A DNA stretch of 64,000 nucleotides from Phycisphaeraceae bacterium (GCA_040905565.1 JBBDRF010000012.1:96001-160000); one strand, 5' to 3'; shown: positions 1-11,055, numbered from the stretch's first letter. Notes: generated from the sequence alone by a model not told the origin. Translations and numbers: made by a program.

Positions 1-1
1 G

Positions 2-1093
2 AACCCCCGCCAGCGCCATCAGCATGGGGGAGAATAAAGCGGCGGCTGGACGATCGCTCTGACCGGCAAGCGTGGCGTGAGCGTTGTGCGAACGTCGCAA
101 AGCCGTCGCCACCACAAACAGCGCCAGCGCCACCGTCGCAAGCGTCGGGCCGACGATCGCAAGACCCAGCAGCGTCGTCACAACCAAGGCGAAGCCCACC
201 AAGGCAGCGGGCGTGCGGGAACCGTCGCTGGTGGGTGCGATGAACCGGTCGGTCACCGCGTCAACGATGGGGCCGACTCCGAAGGCAATCACCACCACCG
301 CAAGCACCGCCGCCGTCAGGAGAAGATAGTCGGAGCCGCCGTCGTCCATCGGCCCCGCAAGCACGGCGATGACGGCGAGCAAAACGAACGTGACACACCA
401 CGCGCTGATCTGCAGCAGCGGCGCATCGAGGTCACGACCGCCCGGCTTCTGCAGCAGCAGCGGGGGGATGGGCGCAGCGGAGGCGGCGCAGCCGATGGCG
501 ATTCCGGCGATCCACAGGGCAGGGGCTTCGAACCATCCAAACCAGGCCAGCAAGGTGACCAGCACCGCTGCGGTGATTGCTGCGAGTGAACCGCTGCCGA
601 TGGCGATGGTGGCCGCCGTGGGCAAACGTGGTCGCCACGCGCCCAGATTCGAAACACCTCGGGTTGCGGAGAGCATGACGAATGCGATGCCCGCCATCGC
701 CACGATCAACAGTGTCTGATCCTGTGGGCCCCGGGCCTGCTCCAGTTCCGCACGCATCCGCTCAAGCTCACGCGCGACGACGGCATCGTGCTCCTCAACA
801 GCGACCTCCGTGACGCCGGTCTGCACCAGCGCCTCGCGAGCCTCACGAGCCTGTTCCTCGAAGGCCTGGATCTGTTGCAGTTGTTCGCCTCCGCCCACGA
901 AAAGGAAACGGTAAGCGTCCGGGGCAAGTTCGCCCAGCACCGAAGGCCCCAGCAGGATGCCCGCCAGCACCGCGCCGATCAGCGGCGCGGTACCGATTCG
1001 ACCGGCTGCCCATGCGCCGACCAGTCCAGCCGCACCCAAAACTAGCGCCTGGGTCAATACCAATACCCACAGGGTTGGTTCTACCATAGTCAT
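2..1093 (-). CDS. Cation:proton antiporter family membrane protein (partial, runs off left edge)
   Basis: Not in the ORF track because it has no stop in the window. Manual translation from ATG 1093: MTMVEPTLWVLVLTQALVLGAAGLVG...GAVLAGILLGPSVLGELAP, followed by many hydrophobic helices. GILLGPSVLG is typical of CPA2/Kef-type exchangers. Confidence 0.65.
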   Translation of the reverse strand, partial: MTMVEPTLWVLVLTQALVLGAAGLVGAWAAGRIGTAPLIGAVLAGILLGPSVLGELAPDAYRFLFVGGGEQLQQIQAFEEQAREAREALVQTGVTEVAVEEHDAVVARELERMRAELEQARGPQDQTLLIVAMAGIAFVMLSATRGVSNLGAWRPRLPTAATIAIGSGSLAAITAAVLVTLLAWFGWFEAPALWIAGIAIGCAASAAPIPPLLLQKPGGRDLDAPLLQISAWCVTFVLLAVIAVLAGPMDDGGSDYLLLTAAVLAVVVIAFGVGPIVDAVTDRFIAPTSDGSRTPAALVGFALVVTTLLGLAIVGPTLATVALALFVVATALRRSHNAHATLAGQSDRPAAALFSPMLMALAGV

Positions 1094-1222
1094 ACGTTAG
1101 CGTTGCCGCCGTCACGGGCAACCATCGCGCCTGCACCGGGTCTAGAGCGTTCGACCGTGATAGACTATGGCGGCGTCGGGGGGATGAGCTATGAACGAGT
1201 GAATCCTGAAGAGGTTGCGAAG

Positions 1223-2392
1223 ATGACGAAGAAACGAATCATGGCGTCGCTGGCACTGTTGATGGCGACAGCGGGCGTGTTACTGGGACCGGCGGATCGT
1301 GCCTCGGCCGTCGGCGCGAGTGACGCTTACCGCGAGAAAGCCGAGCAGGCGATCGAAGCGGGCCTGCAATACCTACGCAGTCAGCAGAACGAGGAGGGCA
1401 CCTGGTCGCCCGAGGCCGGTCCCGCCGTCACCGCGCTCGCCGTGGCGGGCATGGTGCGTCAGCCGGGCATTGAACTGGATGATCCCATGGTCGCCAGCGG
1501 TCTGGATTACGTCCTCGCCAGGCAGAAAGAGGACGGCGGCATCTACGACCAGATCCTTGCTAACTACAACACCTCCATCTCGCTCATGGCCCTCGGCCCG
1601 ATTCAACATCAGGATGAGCGCATCGCTGCGTCGGTCGTCAAAGCGCAGGACTTCCTGAGAGCTTTGCAGTGGGCGGACGCCCATACTGACCCCGATGGCG
1701 AGACCATCACCGAAGGCCACCCTTGGTTCGGCGGCGCGGGCTACGGCGGGCACGGTCGCCCCGACCTTTCCAACACGGCCATGATGATCGCTGGGCTCAA
1801 CGATTCGGGGCTCGATTGTGACGATCCCGCATTTCAGCGTGCCATGAACTTCGTCTCGATGCTTCAGGGCACCGAAAGCAACACCACCGAAATCGGCGAA
1901 AAGATCGAGCGCGACGGCGGCTTCGTCTACGCCACCTCCACCAACAGTGAGAACATCGGCGAGCCTCAAAGCATGGCCGGTGAAAGTGAAGATGAGTTCG
2001 ACCGCTCGCGGCTGCGGACTTACGGCTCCATGACCTATGCCGGGTTCATGAGCTATCTCTACGCGGAACTCGATCGAGATGATCCACGTGTGCAGGATGC
2101 CTACAACTGGATTCGTCAGAACTACACGCTTGAAGAGAACCCCGGCATGGGCATGCAGGGTTACTTCTATTATCTGCACCTTTTCTCTCGCGCCATGGCG
2201 GCATGGGGCGAGCCGACCATCGAAACGACCGACGGCGAGGAGCACCTCTGGGCTCACGACCTGATCGATCGGCTGCTTGAGCTTCAGAATGACGACGGCT
2301 CATGGAACAATGCTGCCGACCGGTGGATGGAAGACGATCCCGCGCTCTGCACCGCCTACGCGGTTCTGGCACTGCAGTACGCCCTCCAGTAA
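1223..2392 (+). CDS. Secreted prenyltransferase/squalene-oxidase (QW-type) repeat protein
   Basis: GAGG RBS before ATG 1223; signal peptide MTKKRIMASLALL; repeats YLRSQQNEEGTW, YVLARQKEDGGI, LLELQNDDGSW; YGSMTYAG motif. Confidence 0.75.
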   Translation: MTKKRIMASLALLMATAGVLLGPADRASAVGASDAYREKAEQAIEAGLQYLRSQQNEEGTWSPEAGPAVTALAVAGMVRQPGIELDDPMVASGLDYVLARQKEDGGIYDQILANYNTSISLMALGPIQHQDERIAASVVKAQDFLRALQWADAHTDPDGETITEGHPWFGGAGYGGHGRPDLSNTAMMIAGLNDSGLDCDDPAFQRAMNFVSMLQGTESNTTEIGEKIERDGGFVYATSTNSENIGEPQSMAGESEDEFDRSRLRTYGSMTYAGFMSYLYAELDRDDPRVQDAYNWIRQNYTLEENPGMGMQGYFYYLHLFSRAMAAWGEPTIETTDGEEHLWAHDLIDRLLELQNDDGSWNNAADRWMEDDPALCTAYAVLALQYALQ

Positions 2393-2556
2393 TCGCTCGT
2401 TGCCTCCGGCGCGATCCGCACCACCTCGTGAGCAGACGCGGCGGGATCGTGCCGGGCGGCGAACGACAACGGAGCGGCGTATCATCCCCGAGGCGGGAAC
2501 TCAGCGGGTCGCCGGGGGGCAAAGGGGGGGGGCATGGGGTCGAGGAGCGGCCTTCC

Positions 2557-4455
2557 ATGAAATCGTCAATCTGGTATCGCTTGGCGGCGAGCGGCTTGGT
2601 GGCCTTGATGGCTTTTTCGCTGACGCTCCTCGCATTCGTTCAGATGCGGTCAGCCGACCGCGAAAGGGTGCGCGCCGAATTCTCCAATCAGGCGGAGAAG
2701 CAGGTGGTGGCGATCGAGCATGAGTTGCAGCAGAACGTCGAGCGCATTCAAGGCCTCGCCGACACGATCCGCGTGGTGCATCCACAATTCGCAGCCGAAC
2801 AGTTCGAGCGTTACGCCGACCTGATGCTTACGCGACAACCGACGTTGTTCTGGCTTTGCTGGACCGAGTGGGTTGCTGACGATGAGCGTGAGGCGGTGCT
2901 GCAGGCGATCCAGGAAGATGGTTACGCCGTGCGCGAACTTGTCAGTGTCGGGCCGGACGGGGAAGCGATGCGGGCGCCGGAACGTGACCATTACCTGGTC
3001 GTTCGACACGTTGCCCCGGAAGCGTTCGGAGGGATGTTCGTCGGCTTGGATCTGATGTCCTCGCCCGACCGCCGCGAGACGATCGAGCGCGCCATCGAGA
3101 CTGGAGAACTGGCCGCGACCGGGGCGCTGGAACTTGCCACCTCACCCGAAGGTGGGCCCGGGGTCCTGCTATTCGTCCCGATCTATGCGACCACTGAGGT
3201 ACCGGCGACGGAAGAAGACCGACGGGAGAATTTTCGCGGTGCGGTCACATTCGGCTTCCGCATTGCTTTGTCACACGGCCGACACCTGACCGACTCACTG
3301 TCCTGGGCGCGGCAGCCGTCGTTCCGCACCGTCGTGTACGACACTGACAGACGCGGCCGACGCCACATCCTTTACGATTCGCACGCGCCAGAAGAGGGCG
3401 GACCGGTTGACCTCCAGCAGCTCAAACAGCATCCGCTGGCGACGGAGGATTGGGTCGAGGTCGGCGGGCAGCGCTGGGAGATTGTCTCCGCACCTGCTGA
3501 GGGTTTTGAGCTGGCCTGGCGGCGGGCGCGGGCGCCGTGGGTGGCGCTCGGCCTTGGGACCACCGTCTCGCTGCTGCTGATGGTGCTGACGGCGATGTAT
3601 CTCCGCGACTACGCACGCACCCGCGCCTTTGCCGATGAGCGGGCAGCGACCGCCGCCGAACTCGAGCAGACCAACGCCCGATTGCAGGAAACCAACGAGG
3701 AGATGGAAAAGTTCGTCTCCGCCGTCTCCCATGATCTGAAGAACCCGCTCGTGGGGATCCAGTGGCTGAGCCGCTCGGCGCGGGGCGCAGCCGATCAGCG
3801 TGATGTGCAGGCCATGCACCGGGCTGTCGACGGGCTCGATCAGGCGGCGCAGACGATGCGGCGAATCATCGACGATCTGCTCTCGCACAGCCGAGCAGGC
3901 TACGCGGCTTTCAACGAGGAGCTGGTCGATGTCGACGCGCTCGTGCGTGAGATTCTCGCCAATCATGCTTCGGAAATGGAGCGGCGCGGCATGCACGCTC
4001 AGGTCGACACGCCGCTGCCGACCATCCGCGGCGATCGGGCAAGGTTGACCGCCATGTTCGAAAACCTTATCGCCAACGCGTGGAAATACGGCGTCCCGTC
4101 TGACAGCAGCCGTCCACCCGAAGTGCATATCGGCTGCGAAGCGACACCGACGAGCAACTTGCAGCCTCCGACCGCTCGCTTCTACGTGCGGGATAACGGA
4201 CCCGGCGTTCCCGAGGAGGCACGCGATCGCGTGTTCGGCATGTTCGAACGCTTCTCCACCGATGACGAAGGCACCGGCCTTGGCCTTGCGATCGTGGCGA
4301 GGGCAGCGAAAACGCATGGCGGTCGCGCATGGATCGAATCTTCACCGGGTGGTGGGGCGACGTTCTGGGTTGAAGTTGCCGTTGCGCCCGAAGATGCCGC
4401 CGACGGACTGACCGTTTGCGACCCCCAGCCGCCGCGCGACAAGCCCAGGCCATAG
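2557..4455 (+). CDS. CHASE-domain sensor histidine kinase
   Basis: Two TM helices flank a CHASE-like domain (YLVVRHVAP, GLDLMSSPDRRETIERA). H-box VSHDLKNPL, N-box NLIANAWKY, G1 VRDNGPG, G2 GTGLGLAI. Confidence 0.9.
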   Translation: MKSSIWYRLAASGLVALMAFSLTLLAFVQMRSADRERVRAEFSNQAEKQVVAIEHELQQNVERIQGLADTIRVVHPQFAAEQFERYADLMLTRQPTLFWLCWTEWVADDEREAVLQAIQEDGYAVRELVSVGPDGEAMRAPERDHYLVVRHVAPEAFGGMFVGLDLMSSPDRRETIERAIETGELAATGALELATSPEGGPGVLLFVPIYATTEVPATEEDRRENFRGAVTFGFRIALSHGRHLTDSLSWARQPSFRTVVYDTDRRGRRHILYDSHAPEEGGPVDLQQLKQHPLATEDWVEVGGQRWEIVSAPAEGFELAWRRARAPWVALGLGTTVSLLLMVLTAMYLRDYARTRAFADERAATAAELEQTNARLQETNEEMEKFVSAVSHDLKNPLVGIQWLSRSARGAADQRDVQAMHRAVDGLDQAAQTMRRIIDDLLSHSRAGYAAFNEELVDVDALVREILANHASEMERRGMHAQVDTPLPTIRGDRARLTAMFENLIANAWKYGVPSDSSRPPEVHIGCEATPTSNLQPPTARFYVRDNGPGVPEEARDRVFGMFERFSTDDEGTGLGLAIVARAAKTHGGRAWIESSPGGGATFWVEVAVAPEDAADGLTVCDPQPPRDKPRP

Positions 4456-4499
4456 CCGCATCCAAATCTATTTTACAGCCTGTTGAACCCCGCGATTCG

Positions 4500-4517
4500 A
4501 TACGACGTATGTATAAT
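4500..4517 (+). promoter_or_regulatory. Putative -10 box (TATAAT) adjacent to an inverted repeat (possible ArsR operator)
   Basis: ATACG-A-CGTAT palindrome at 4500-4510, then TATAAT at 4512-4517, just upstream of the ArsR-family gene. Confidence 0.4.
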
Positions 4518-4527
4518 TGTGAATACG

Positions 4528-4890
4528 ATGAATTCTCAAATGATTCAGCGCGTGGTAGCCCGGCTCTCGGCCATGGCCGAGGAGACACGTCTTCGCATCA
4601 TGCTGCGGCTTCGCGACGGCGAATGTGATGTCTCCACATTGGCGCAAGAACTGGATGTCGCGCAGGCCTCGATCTCACGGCACCTGGCGGTCCTGAAGCA
4701 GGTCGGGCTCGTCAGCGTTGAGCGTCACGGGCGCCACGCCGTTTGCCGCGTGGCCGACGAATCGATCTACGAGATTTGTGCCCATGTCTGCGACGGCGTA
4801 CGTCGCCATGTGGCGCGGGAACAGGAAGCGGTGGGGCTGAAGCCTCGCAGGCGTCAACCAGTCAAGCGATCAGGAAAGGCAGGAAAATGA
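4528..4890 (+). CDS. ArsR/SmtB family transcriptional regulator
   Basis: ETRLRIMLRLRDGECDVSTLAQELDVAQASISRHLAVLKQVGLV winged HTH. Start is uncertain (4528 or 4540). Confidence 0.9.
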   Translation: MNSQMIQRVVARLSAMAEETRLRIMLRLRDGECDVSTLAQELDVAQASISRHLAVLKQVGLVSVERHGRHAVCRVADESIYEICAHVCDGVRRHVAREQEAVGLKPRRRQPVKRSGKAGK

Positions 4891-5450
4891 TGAGCGAACA
4901 GCGCACGATTTCACCGCAGGAAGTAGCGGAGCGGCAGGCCCGGGGCGAGGACGTAAATTTGATCGATGTGCGTACGCCGATGGAGTACACGCTGGTGCAT
5001 GCGCAGGGCGCTCGGCTGATGCCGCTGGATGAACTGGATCCAGACGCCGTGATGAGCAGCCACACCGGCGACGGACCGGCGTACGTGATCTGCCGAACCG
5101 GGTCGCGTGCTGCCAAAGCCTGCGAGAAGCTGCAGGCGGCGGGCTACAAAAACGTCGTCAACGTCGCCGGCGGCACCGAGGCATGGGAGCAGGCCGGGCT
5201 ACCGGTGGCGCGTGAGCGGACCGGCATTTCGCTGGAGCGGCAGGTACGCATCGCGGCCGGCTCGCTGGTGCTGGTAGGCGTGATCCTCGGCGTGCTGGTG
5301 CACCCCGGATTTCACGGCCTCAGCGCGTTCGTCGGGGCCGGGCTCGTCTTCGCCGGCGTCACCGATACGTGCGGCATGGGGCTGATGCTGGCACGCATGC
5401 CGTGGAACCGCACCCGGTTAACCGAGAACCCTGCCGCTTGCGCTCGATAG
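4887..5450 (+). CDS. Rhodanese-domain sulfurtransferase with C-terminal DUF2892 membrane domain (YgaP-like)
   Basis: IDVRTPMEY; active-site ICRTGSRA; GGTEAW; then SLERQVRIAAG...GVTDTCGMGLMLARMPWN. Start overlaps the ArsR stop. Confidence 0.9.
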   Translation: MMSEQRTISPQEVAERQARGEDVNLIDVRTPMEYTLVHAQGARLMPLDELDPDAVMSSHTGDGPAYVICRTGSRAAKACEKLQAAGYKNVVNVAGGTEAWEQAGLPVARERTGISLERQVRIAAGSLVLVGVILGVLVHPGFHGLSAFVGAGLVFAGVTDTCGMGLMLARMPWNRTRLTENPAACAR

Positions 5451-5530
5451 TGCGTCACAGACTTTAGCACGTGTGCCATTCGTCATCGGGCGATTCGTCG
5501 GCTATGAATCTCTGGTGGAGGAGGTGCACC

Positions 5531-6583
5531 GTGGCGGACGTGACCAGCATCCTTGGCGACGAAGCGGAAGCACTGCTCAACTACCGGGCCAGAGGGTTTT
5601 CGCAGGAGAAACTGCATCTGCCCGGCCCGGATTTCGTGGACCGGGTGATGACGCCCTCTGACCGCAAGCCGGCGGTGATGCGGAATTTTCAGCAGATGCT
5701 CGACCACGGTCGGCTTGCGGACACCGGCTACGTTTCCATTCTCCCCGTCGATCAGGGCATCGAACATTCCGCTGGCGCCAGCTTCGCCCCGAACCCGCTG
5801 TTCTTCGATCCGGCCAACATCGCCGAACTGGCGATGGAAGGTGGCTGCAATGCCGTTGCGTCGAGCATCGGTGTGCTGGGGGCCGTGGCGCGACGCTACG
5901 CCCATCGCATTCCCTTCATCGCCAAGCTCAACCACAACGAACTGCTCAGCTATCCCAACACGCATGACCAGATTCCCTTCGGCGACGTGCAGCAGGCCTT
6001 CGAGATGGGGGCGGTCGCCGTTGGCGCCACGATCTACTTCGGCTCACCCGAATCGCGTCGACAAATCCAGGAAGTCTCCGCAGCCTTCGCCCGCGCCCAC
6101 GAGCTTGGGATGTTCACCGTGCTTTGGTGCTATCTCCGCAACCCCGCCTTTGCCACCGACGATGGCGACTACCACACTGCGGCGGACCTGACCGGGCAGG
6201 CGAACCATCTGGGCGTGACGATTCAGGCGGACATGATCAAGCAGAAGCCGCCGACGAACAACGGCGGGTACAAAGCGGTCAACTTCGGTAAGACCGACGA
6301 CCGGGTCTACAGCACCTTGACGCCGGACGATCACCCCATTGAGTTGACGCGATACCAGGTCGTCAACTGTTACATGGGCCGCTCACCGCTGATCAACTCC
6401 GGCGGCGCGGTGGGCGGCAACGATCTGCGCACCGCGGTCCGCACGGCGGTGATCAACAAGCGGGCCGGCGGCGTGGGGCTCATCTCCGGTCGCAAAGCCT
6501 TCCAACGCGAATTCAGCGAAGGCGTCGCTCTCCTTCACGCGATTCAGGACGTGTACCGCGACGCGGCCGTCACGATCGCCTGA
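5531..6583 (+). CDS. fbaB: Class I fructose-bisphosphate aldolase (DhnA/FbaB type)
   Basis: GGAGGAGG RBS before GTG 5531; [44 protein letters not shown]. Confidence 0.93.
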   Translation: MADVTSILGDEAEALLNYRARGFSQEKLHLPGPDFVDRVMTPSDRKPAVMRNFQQMLDHGRLADTGYVSILPVDQGIEHSAGASFAPNPLFFDPANIAELAMEGGCNAVASSIGVLGAVARRYAHRIPFIAKLNHNELLSYPNTHDQIPFGDVQQAFEMGAVAVGATIYFGSPESRRQIQEVSAAFARAHELGMFTVLWCYLRNPAFATDDGDYHTAADLTGQANHLGVTIQADMIKQKPPTNNGGYKAVNFGKTDDRVYSTLTPDDHPIELTRYQVVNCYMGRSPLINSGGAVGGNDLRTAVRTAVINKRAGGVGLISGRKAFQREFSEGVALLHAIQDVYRDAAVTIA

Positions 6584-6692
6584 TGTCCTTTACCCTTCAG
6601 AAGCGACGGCCCTGCGCCTGCGCACCGCCCAATGCCCCATGCCGCATCCCGGCCTGATATCATGACGGCGTCGCTCCGATCGGATTTTCACG

Positions 6693-7439
6693 ATGCCCGA
6701 TTCAGCACCTGATGCGATCGATCCTCATGCGCCGCCTCGGCCGGTCTTCCAGGCGAGCGGCTTGACCAAAATCTACACCATGGGCGAGGTTCAGGTTCAT
6801 GCGCTGCGTGGCGTGGATCTTGAGCTCTACGCCCACGAGTTCGTCGTCCTGCTTGGCGCATCGGGCAGCGGGAAGTCGACCCTGCTGAATATCCTCGGCG
6901 GGCTCGACGTGCCCACCGCCGGTCGCGTGGCCTATCTTGATGATGAACTGACCAGCTACGACGATGCACGCCTCACGAAGTTTCGGCGGGACCATGTCGG
7001 CTTTGTCTTCCAATTTTACAACCTGATTCCCTCGCTGACCGCCCGCGAGAACGTGGCCCTGGTCACCGAGATCGCAGCCGATCCCATGACGCCCGAAGAG
7101 GCGCTCGCGCTGGTGAACCTCACCGACCGCCTGGACCACTTCCCATCGCAGATGTCCGGCGGTGAACAGCAGCGCGTCGCCATCGCCCGCGCCATCGCCA
7201 AGCGGCCCGACGTGCTGCTTTGTGATGAGCCGACAGGCGCCCTCGATGTCCGCACCGGCGTCGTCGTGCTTGAAGCCATCGAGCGGATCAACCAGACGCT
7301 CGGTACCACCACGGCGGTCATCACACACAACGCCACCATCGCGGGAATGGCTGATCGCGTGGTGTCTTTATCCGACGGCCGGGTGGCGGATATCCATCGC
7401 AATACCAGCCGGGTCCCCGCACGCAGCCTTTCGTGGTAG
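6693..7439 (+). CDS. ABC transporter ATP-binding protein (LolD/MacB-like)
   Basis: Walker [10 protein letters not shown]; signature [14 protein letters not shown]; Walker [12 protein letters not shown]. Confidence 0.93.
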   Translation: MPDSAPDAIDPHAPPRPVFQASGLTKIYTMGEVQVHALRGVDLELYAHEFVVLLGASGSGKSTLLNILGGLDVPTAGRVAYLDDELTSYDDARLTKFRRDHVGFVFQFYNLIPSLTARENVALVTEIAADPMTPEEALALVNLTDRLDHFPSQMSGGEQQRVAIARAIAKRPDVLLCDEPTGALDVRTGVVVLEAIERINQTLGTTTAVITHNATIAGMADRVVSLSDGRVADIHRNTSRVPARSLSW

Positions 7440-7445
7440 TCGCGC

Positions 7446-9809
7446 ATGAGATCACTCGATCGCAAACTCCTGCGCGACCTCCTCGGGATGAAGGCCCAGT
7501 TGTTCGCGATCTCCATGGTGATCGCGGCGGGCATCGCCATGCTCGTCATGAGCGTCTCGACACTGGAGACGTTGGTGCGCGCCCAGCAAGCTTATTACGA
7601 ACGCTATCGATTTGCCGAGGTGTTCACGCAGCTGGTGCGTGCATCTCGACCGGTCGCCGATCGCATCGCAGAGATCCCGGGTGTTCAGCGTGTGCAGATG
7701 CGCACGGTGGTTGACGTCACGCTCGACATGCCCGGCTTGCCCGAGCCCGCGACCGGGCGTCTGATCTCCGTCCCCGAGAACAGTCGCCCGATCCTGAACG
7801 ACCTTCACATTCGTCGGGGCCGATACGTGCAGCCCGGTGGACGCAATGAGGCACTGGTCTCCGAGGCCTTCGCCGAGGCGCACGAGTTGGAGGTGAACGA
7901 CAGCGTCACGGCCATCATCAACGGTCGCCTGACCGACCTGCGCATCGTGGGCATCGCCCTCTCTCCGGAGTACATCTACGAGGTGCAGCCGGGCGCGATC
8001 ATGCCTGACAACCGGCGTTTCGGCGTCTTCTGGATGTCCGAGCAGGCGCTCCAGGCCGGCTACGACATGGAAGGGGCCTTCAATCACGTCGCTCTCACGC
8101 TGGGGCCAAGGGCCTCGGAGGCGGAGGTCATCAGCCGACTCGATCGTCTGCTCGAACCGTACGGCGGGCTCGGCGCGTACGGCCGGGACGAGCAACTCTC
8201 GCACCGGTTCATCAGTGACGAGATGCAGCAGCTGCGGGTGATGTCGATCGTGCCGCCGGCGATCTTCCTTGCCGTGGCGGCCTTCCTGGTGAACGTGGTG
8301 CTCTCGCGGACCATCAGCCTGCAGCGCGAGCAGATCGCCACGCTGAAGGCGTTCGGGTACACGAAGCTTGAGATCGCCGCGCACTACCTCAAGCTGGTCG
8401 CGGTGATCGCCACGATCGGCGTTGCGCTTGGCGCGGCGGCGGGGGGGTACCTGGGCACGGGGTTAACTGAACTGTATGCCCAGTTCTTTCGGTTCCCGGA
8501 GTTCACGTTTCGCCTCTCGTGGAGCGTGGTGGGGTTGTCGCTGCTGCTGACTTTTGCCGTGTGCGTGGTGGCCGTGCTTCATGCGGTACGGGCGGCGGTG
8601 AATCTGCCGCCCGCCGAGGCGATGCAGCCCCAGCCGCCGCCGACGTATCGGCCGACGCTCATCGAGAGGCTCGGACTTCAGCGACTGTTCTCACAGCCGG
8701 CCCGCATGATTCTGCGCCGCCTCGAGCGTCGACCGCTCCGCGCCGCCTTGTCAACGCTCGGCATTTCCCTCGCGGCAGCCGTGCTGGTCGTGTCCAACTT
8801 CTCGCTTGATGCGGTGAACTATGTGCTGGATTTCCAGTTCAACGTCACCCAGCGGCAGGACGTGAACGTTGCCTTCATCGAACCACGCTCGCGTCGCGCC
8901 CTGCATGAGATTCGCAACCTGCCGGGCGTGATGCATGCCGAGCCGATCCGAACGGTGCCGGTCAGGCTTCGACACAGGCATCGCCATCGCACAGTCACGA
9001 TTGAGGGGCTGCCGCCGGACGCCACGCTTCGCCGGCTTTTCGATCAGAACGTCCGTCCGATTGCGCTGCCGCCGCGGGGGCTGGTCATCTCCGACAGTCT
9101 GGCGCAGCTGTTAGATGCGGGCGCGGGCGACGAGCTGATTGTTGAGGTGCTTGAAGCCGATCGCCCGACGCGAACGGTCGTCGTCGCCGCGGTTACCGAG
9201 GAGTTTCTCGGGTTGGGTGCGTACATGGATATCGACGCGCTGAACCGTCTGATGCGTGAAGGCTCGTTGCTGTCCGGTGCGTTCTTGCAGGTCGACCAGC
9301 AGCAGCGAACGGCCCTGTTCGAAGCCCTGCGGGACATGCCGAATGTTGCTGCGGTGAACGTGAAGGATGCGGCGATTCTCGCTTTCGAAGAACAAGTCGC
9401 ACAGACGCTGCTGCTGATGCGTAGCTTCACGATCGGCTTCGCAGCCGTCATCGCCATCGGCGTCGTCTACAACTCAGCCCGGGTCACCCTGTCCGAGCGA
9501 TCACGTGAACTCGCTTCGATGCGGGTCCTTGGCTTCACGCGCGGCGAGGTCGCCTTCATCCTGCTTGGCGAAATGGCGATCCTGACAGGACTGGCGATTC
9601 CGATCGGGCTTGCGATCGGCTACGGTCTTGCTGCAGCAACGACAGCCAGTCTCGCCACCGAAACGCTTCGCATCCCTACCATCGTCGCGCCACAGACCTA
9701 TGCACTGGCGACCATCACGGTTCTGGTCGCCTCGGTCATCTCCGCCCAACTCGTGCGTCGAAGGCTTGACCGGATCGACCTCGTGGCCGTGCTGAAATCG
9801 CGCGAATAG
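7446..9809 (+). CDS. FtsX/MacB-like ABC permease with two periplasmic plus FtsX units
   Basis: [13 protein letters not shown] and [14 protein letters not shown]tsX motifs; two TM blocks. Confidence 0.9.
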   Translation: MRSLDRKLLRDLLGMKAQLFAISMVIAAGIAMLVMSVSTLETLVRAQQAYYERYRFAEVFTQLVRASRPVADRIAEIPGVQRVQMRTVVDVTLDMPGLPEPATGRLISVPENSRPILNDLHIRRGRYVQPGGRNEALVSEAFAEAHELEVNDSVTAIINGRLTDLRIVGIALSPEYIYEVQPGAIMPDNRRFGVFWMSEQALQAGYDMEGAFNHVALTLGPRASEAEVISRLDRLLEPYGGLGAYGRDEQLSHRFISDEMQQLRVMSIVPPAIFLAVAAFLVNVVLSRTISLQREQIATLKAFGYTKLEIAAHYLKLVAVIATIGVALGAAAGGYLGTGLTELYAQFFRFPEFTFRLSWSVVGLSLLLTFAVCVVAVLHAVRAAVNLPPAEAMQPQPPPTYRPTLIERLGLQRLFSQPARMILRRLERRPLRAALSTLGISLAAAVLVVSNFSLDAVNYVLDFQFNVTQRQDVNVAFIEPRSRRALHEIRNLPGVMHAEPIRTVPVRLRHRHRHRTVTIEGLPPDATLRRLFDQNVRPIALPPRGLVISDSLAQLLDAGAGDELIVEVLEADRPTRTVVVAAVTEEFLGLGAYMDIDALNRLMREGSLLSGAFLQVDQQQRTALFEALRDMPNVAAVNVKDAAILAFEEQVAQTLLLMRSFTIGFAAVIAIGVVYNSARVTLSERSRELASMRVLGFTRGEVAFILLGEMAILTGLAIPIGLAIGYGLAAATTASLATETLRIPTIVAPQTYALATITVLVASVISAQLVRRRLDRIDLVAVLKSRE

Positions 9810-9852
9810 TACCCGCCGCCGTCTGATGTGAAAGTGTTGTAAAGTAGCATTC

Positions 9853-11055
9853 ATGCGTCGTAGCGTTCTCAATCGCGTGGCTCTGATCGTCGTCGTTCTG
9901 CTTGTGCTCGCGGCGATCGTCTACGCTTTTCTACCTCAACCGATCGAGGTGGACATGGCTGCGGTGGCGCGGGGCCCGTTGCAGGTGGCGGTGGACGAAG
10001 ATGGCCGCACACGCCTCCGCGATCGCTACGTTGTTTCCGCACCGCTGGCCGGCCAGATGCAACGCGTTGAGCTGGAGGCGGGTGACGTGGTCGAAGCCGG
10101 CGATCTGCTTGTGGTGATTGAGCCGACGGATCCGGCCCTGCTTGATCCGCGTGATCGGGAGGCGGCGCAGGCACAGGTCCGGACGGCGGAAGTCGGCGTC
10201 CGCCGCGCCGAAACAGCTGTATCACAGGCGGAGGCTCGGCTGGCGCTGGCGGAGAGCGAGCTGACGCGCATCCGTCAGATGTATGATCGCGATGCTGCCA
10301 CGCCGCACGAACTGGACCAGGCAGAGCTGACTCGGGAGATCCGTGAGCACGAACGTGACGCGGCAGAGTTCGGCGTTGACGTGGCTAGATTCGAGCTTGA
10401 ACTTGCCGAGGCGGCGCTGATCAGGACAACGCCCGATGGTGAGATGACCGAAAATTTGGAGATCCACGCCCCCGTGGCCGGGCGGGTCCTGCAGGTGCAG
10501 CAGGAATCGGCGACGGTCGTCACGCCGGGGCAGCCGATCCTCGAACTCGGTGATCCGAACCAGTTGGAACTGGAGATCGACGTGCTCTCAACCGACGCAG
10601 TCCGCATCGCGCCGGGCGCGGAAGCTTACGTCGAGCATTGGGGTGGTGACGATACCCTTCACGCCGTCGTGCGTCGGATTGAACCACAAGCGTTCACGGA
10701 TATCTCCGCACTCGGCGTCGAGGAGCAACGCGTGAATGTCATCCTCGACTTTACGAGCCCGCCGGACCAATGGGAGCGGCTGGGCGATGGTTACCGCGTC
10801 GAAGCCCGCATCGTGACGTGGCAAGAGGCGGACGTACTCAAAGCGCCCACCAGCGCGCTGTTCCGGGACGAAGACCAGTGGGCGGTCTTCCGTGTGGTTG
10901 ATGGTCGCGCACAGCTTCAGCCGGTGACGACGGGGCGATCAACGGGGCTGGAAACGCAGATCGTGGAAGGCCTGAACCAGGGCGACGTGCTGATCGCCCA
11001 CCCCTCTGACCGCGTCGCCGACGGCGCTGCGGTCGTTCCCCGAAACGCCGATTGA
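9853..11055 (+). CDS. HlyD/MacA-like periplasmic adaptor subunit
   Basis: N-terminal TM, lipoyl halves (VSAPLAG, IHAPVAGRV), coiled coil, SALGVEEQRV; follows the ABC genes. Confidence 0.9.
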   Translation: MRRSVLNRVALIVVVLLVLAAIVYAFLPQPIEVDMAAVARGPLQVAVDEDGRTRLRDRYVVSAPLAGQMQRVELEAGDVVEAGDLLVVIEPTDPALLDPRDREAAQAQVRTAEVGVRRAETAVSQAEARLALAESELTRIRQMYDRDAATPHELDQAELTREIREHERDAAEFGVDVARFELELAEAALIRTTPDGEMTENLEIHAPVAGRVLQVQQESATVVTPGQPILELGDPNQLELEIDVLSTDAVRIAPGAEAYVEHWGGDDTLHAVVRRIEPQAFTDISALGVEEQRVNVILDFTSPPDQWERLGDGYRVEARIVTWQEADVLKAPTSALFRDEDQWAVFRVVDGRAQLQPVTTGRSTGLETQIVEGLNQGDVLIAHPSDRVADGAAVVPRNAD

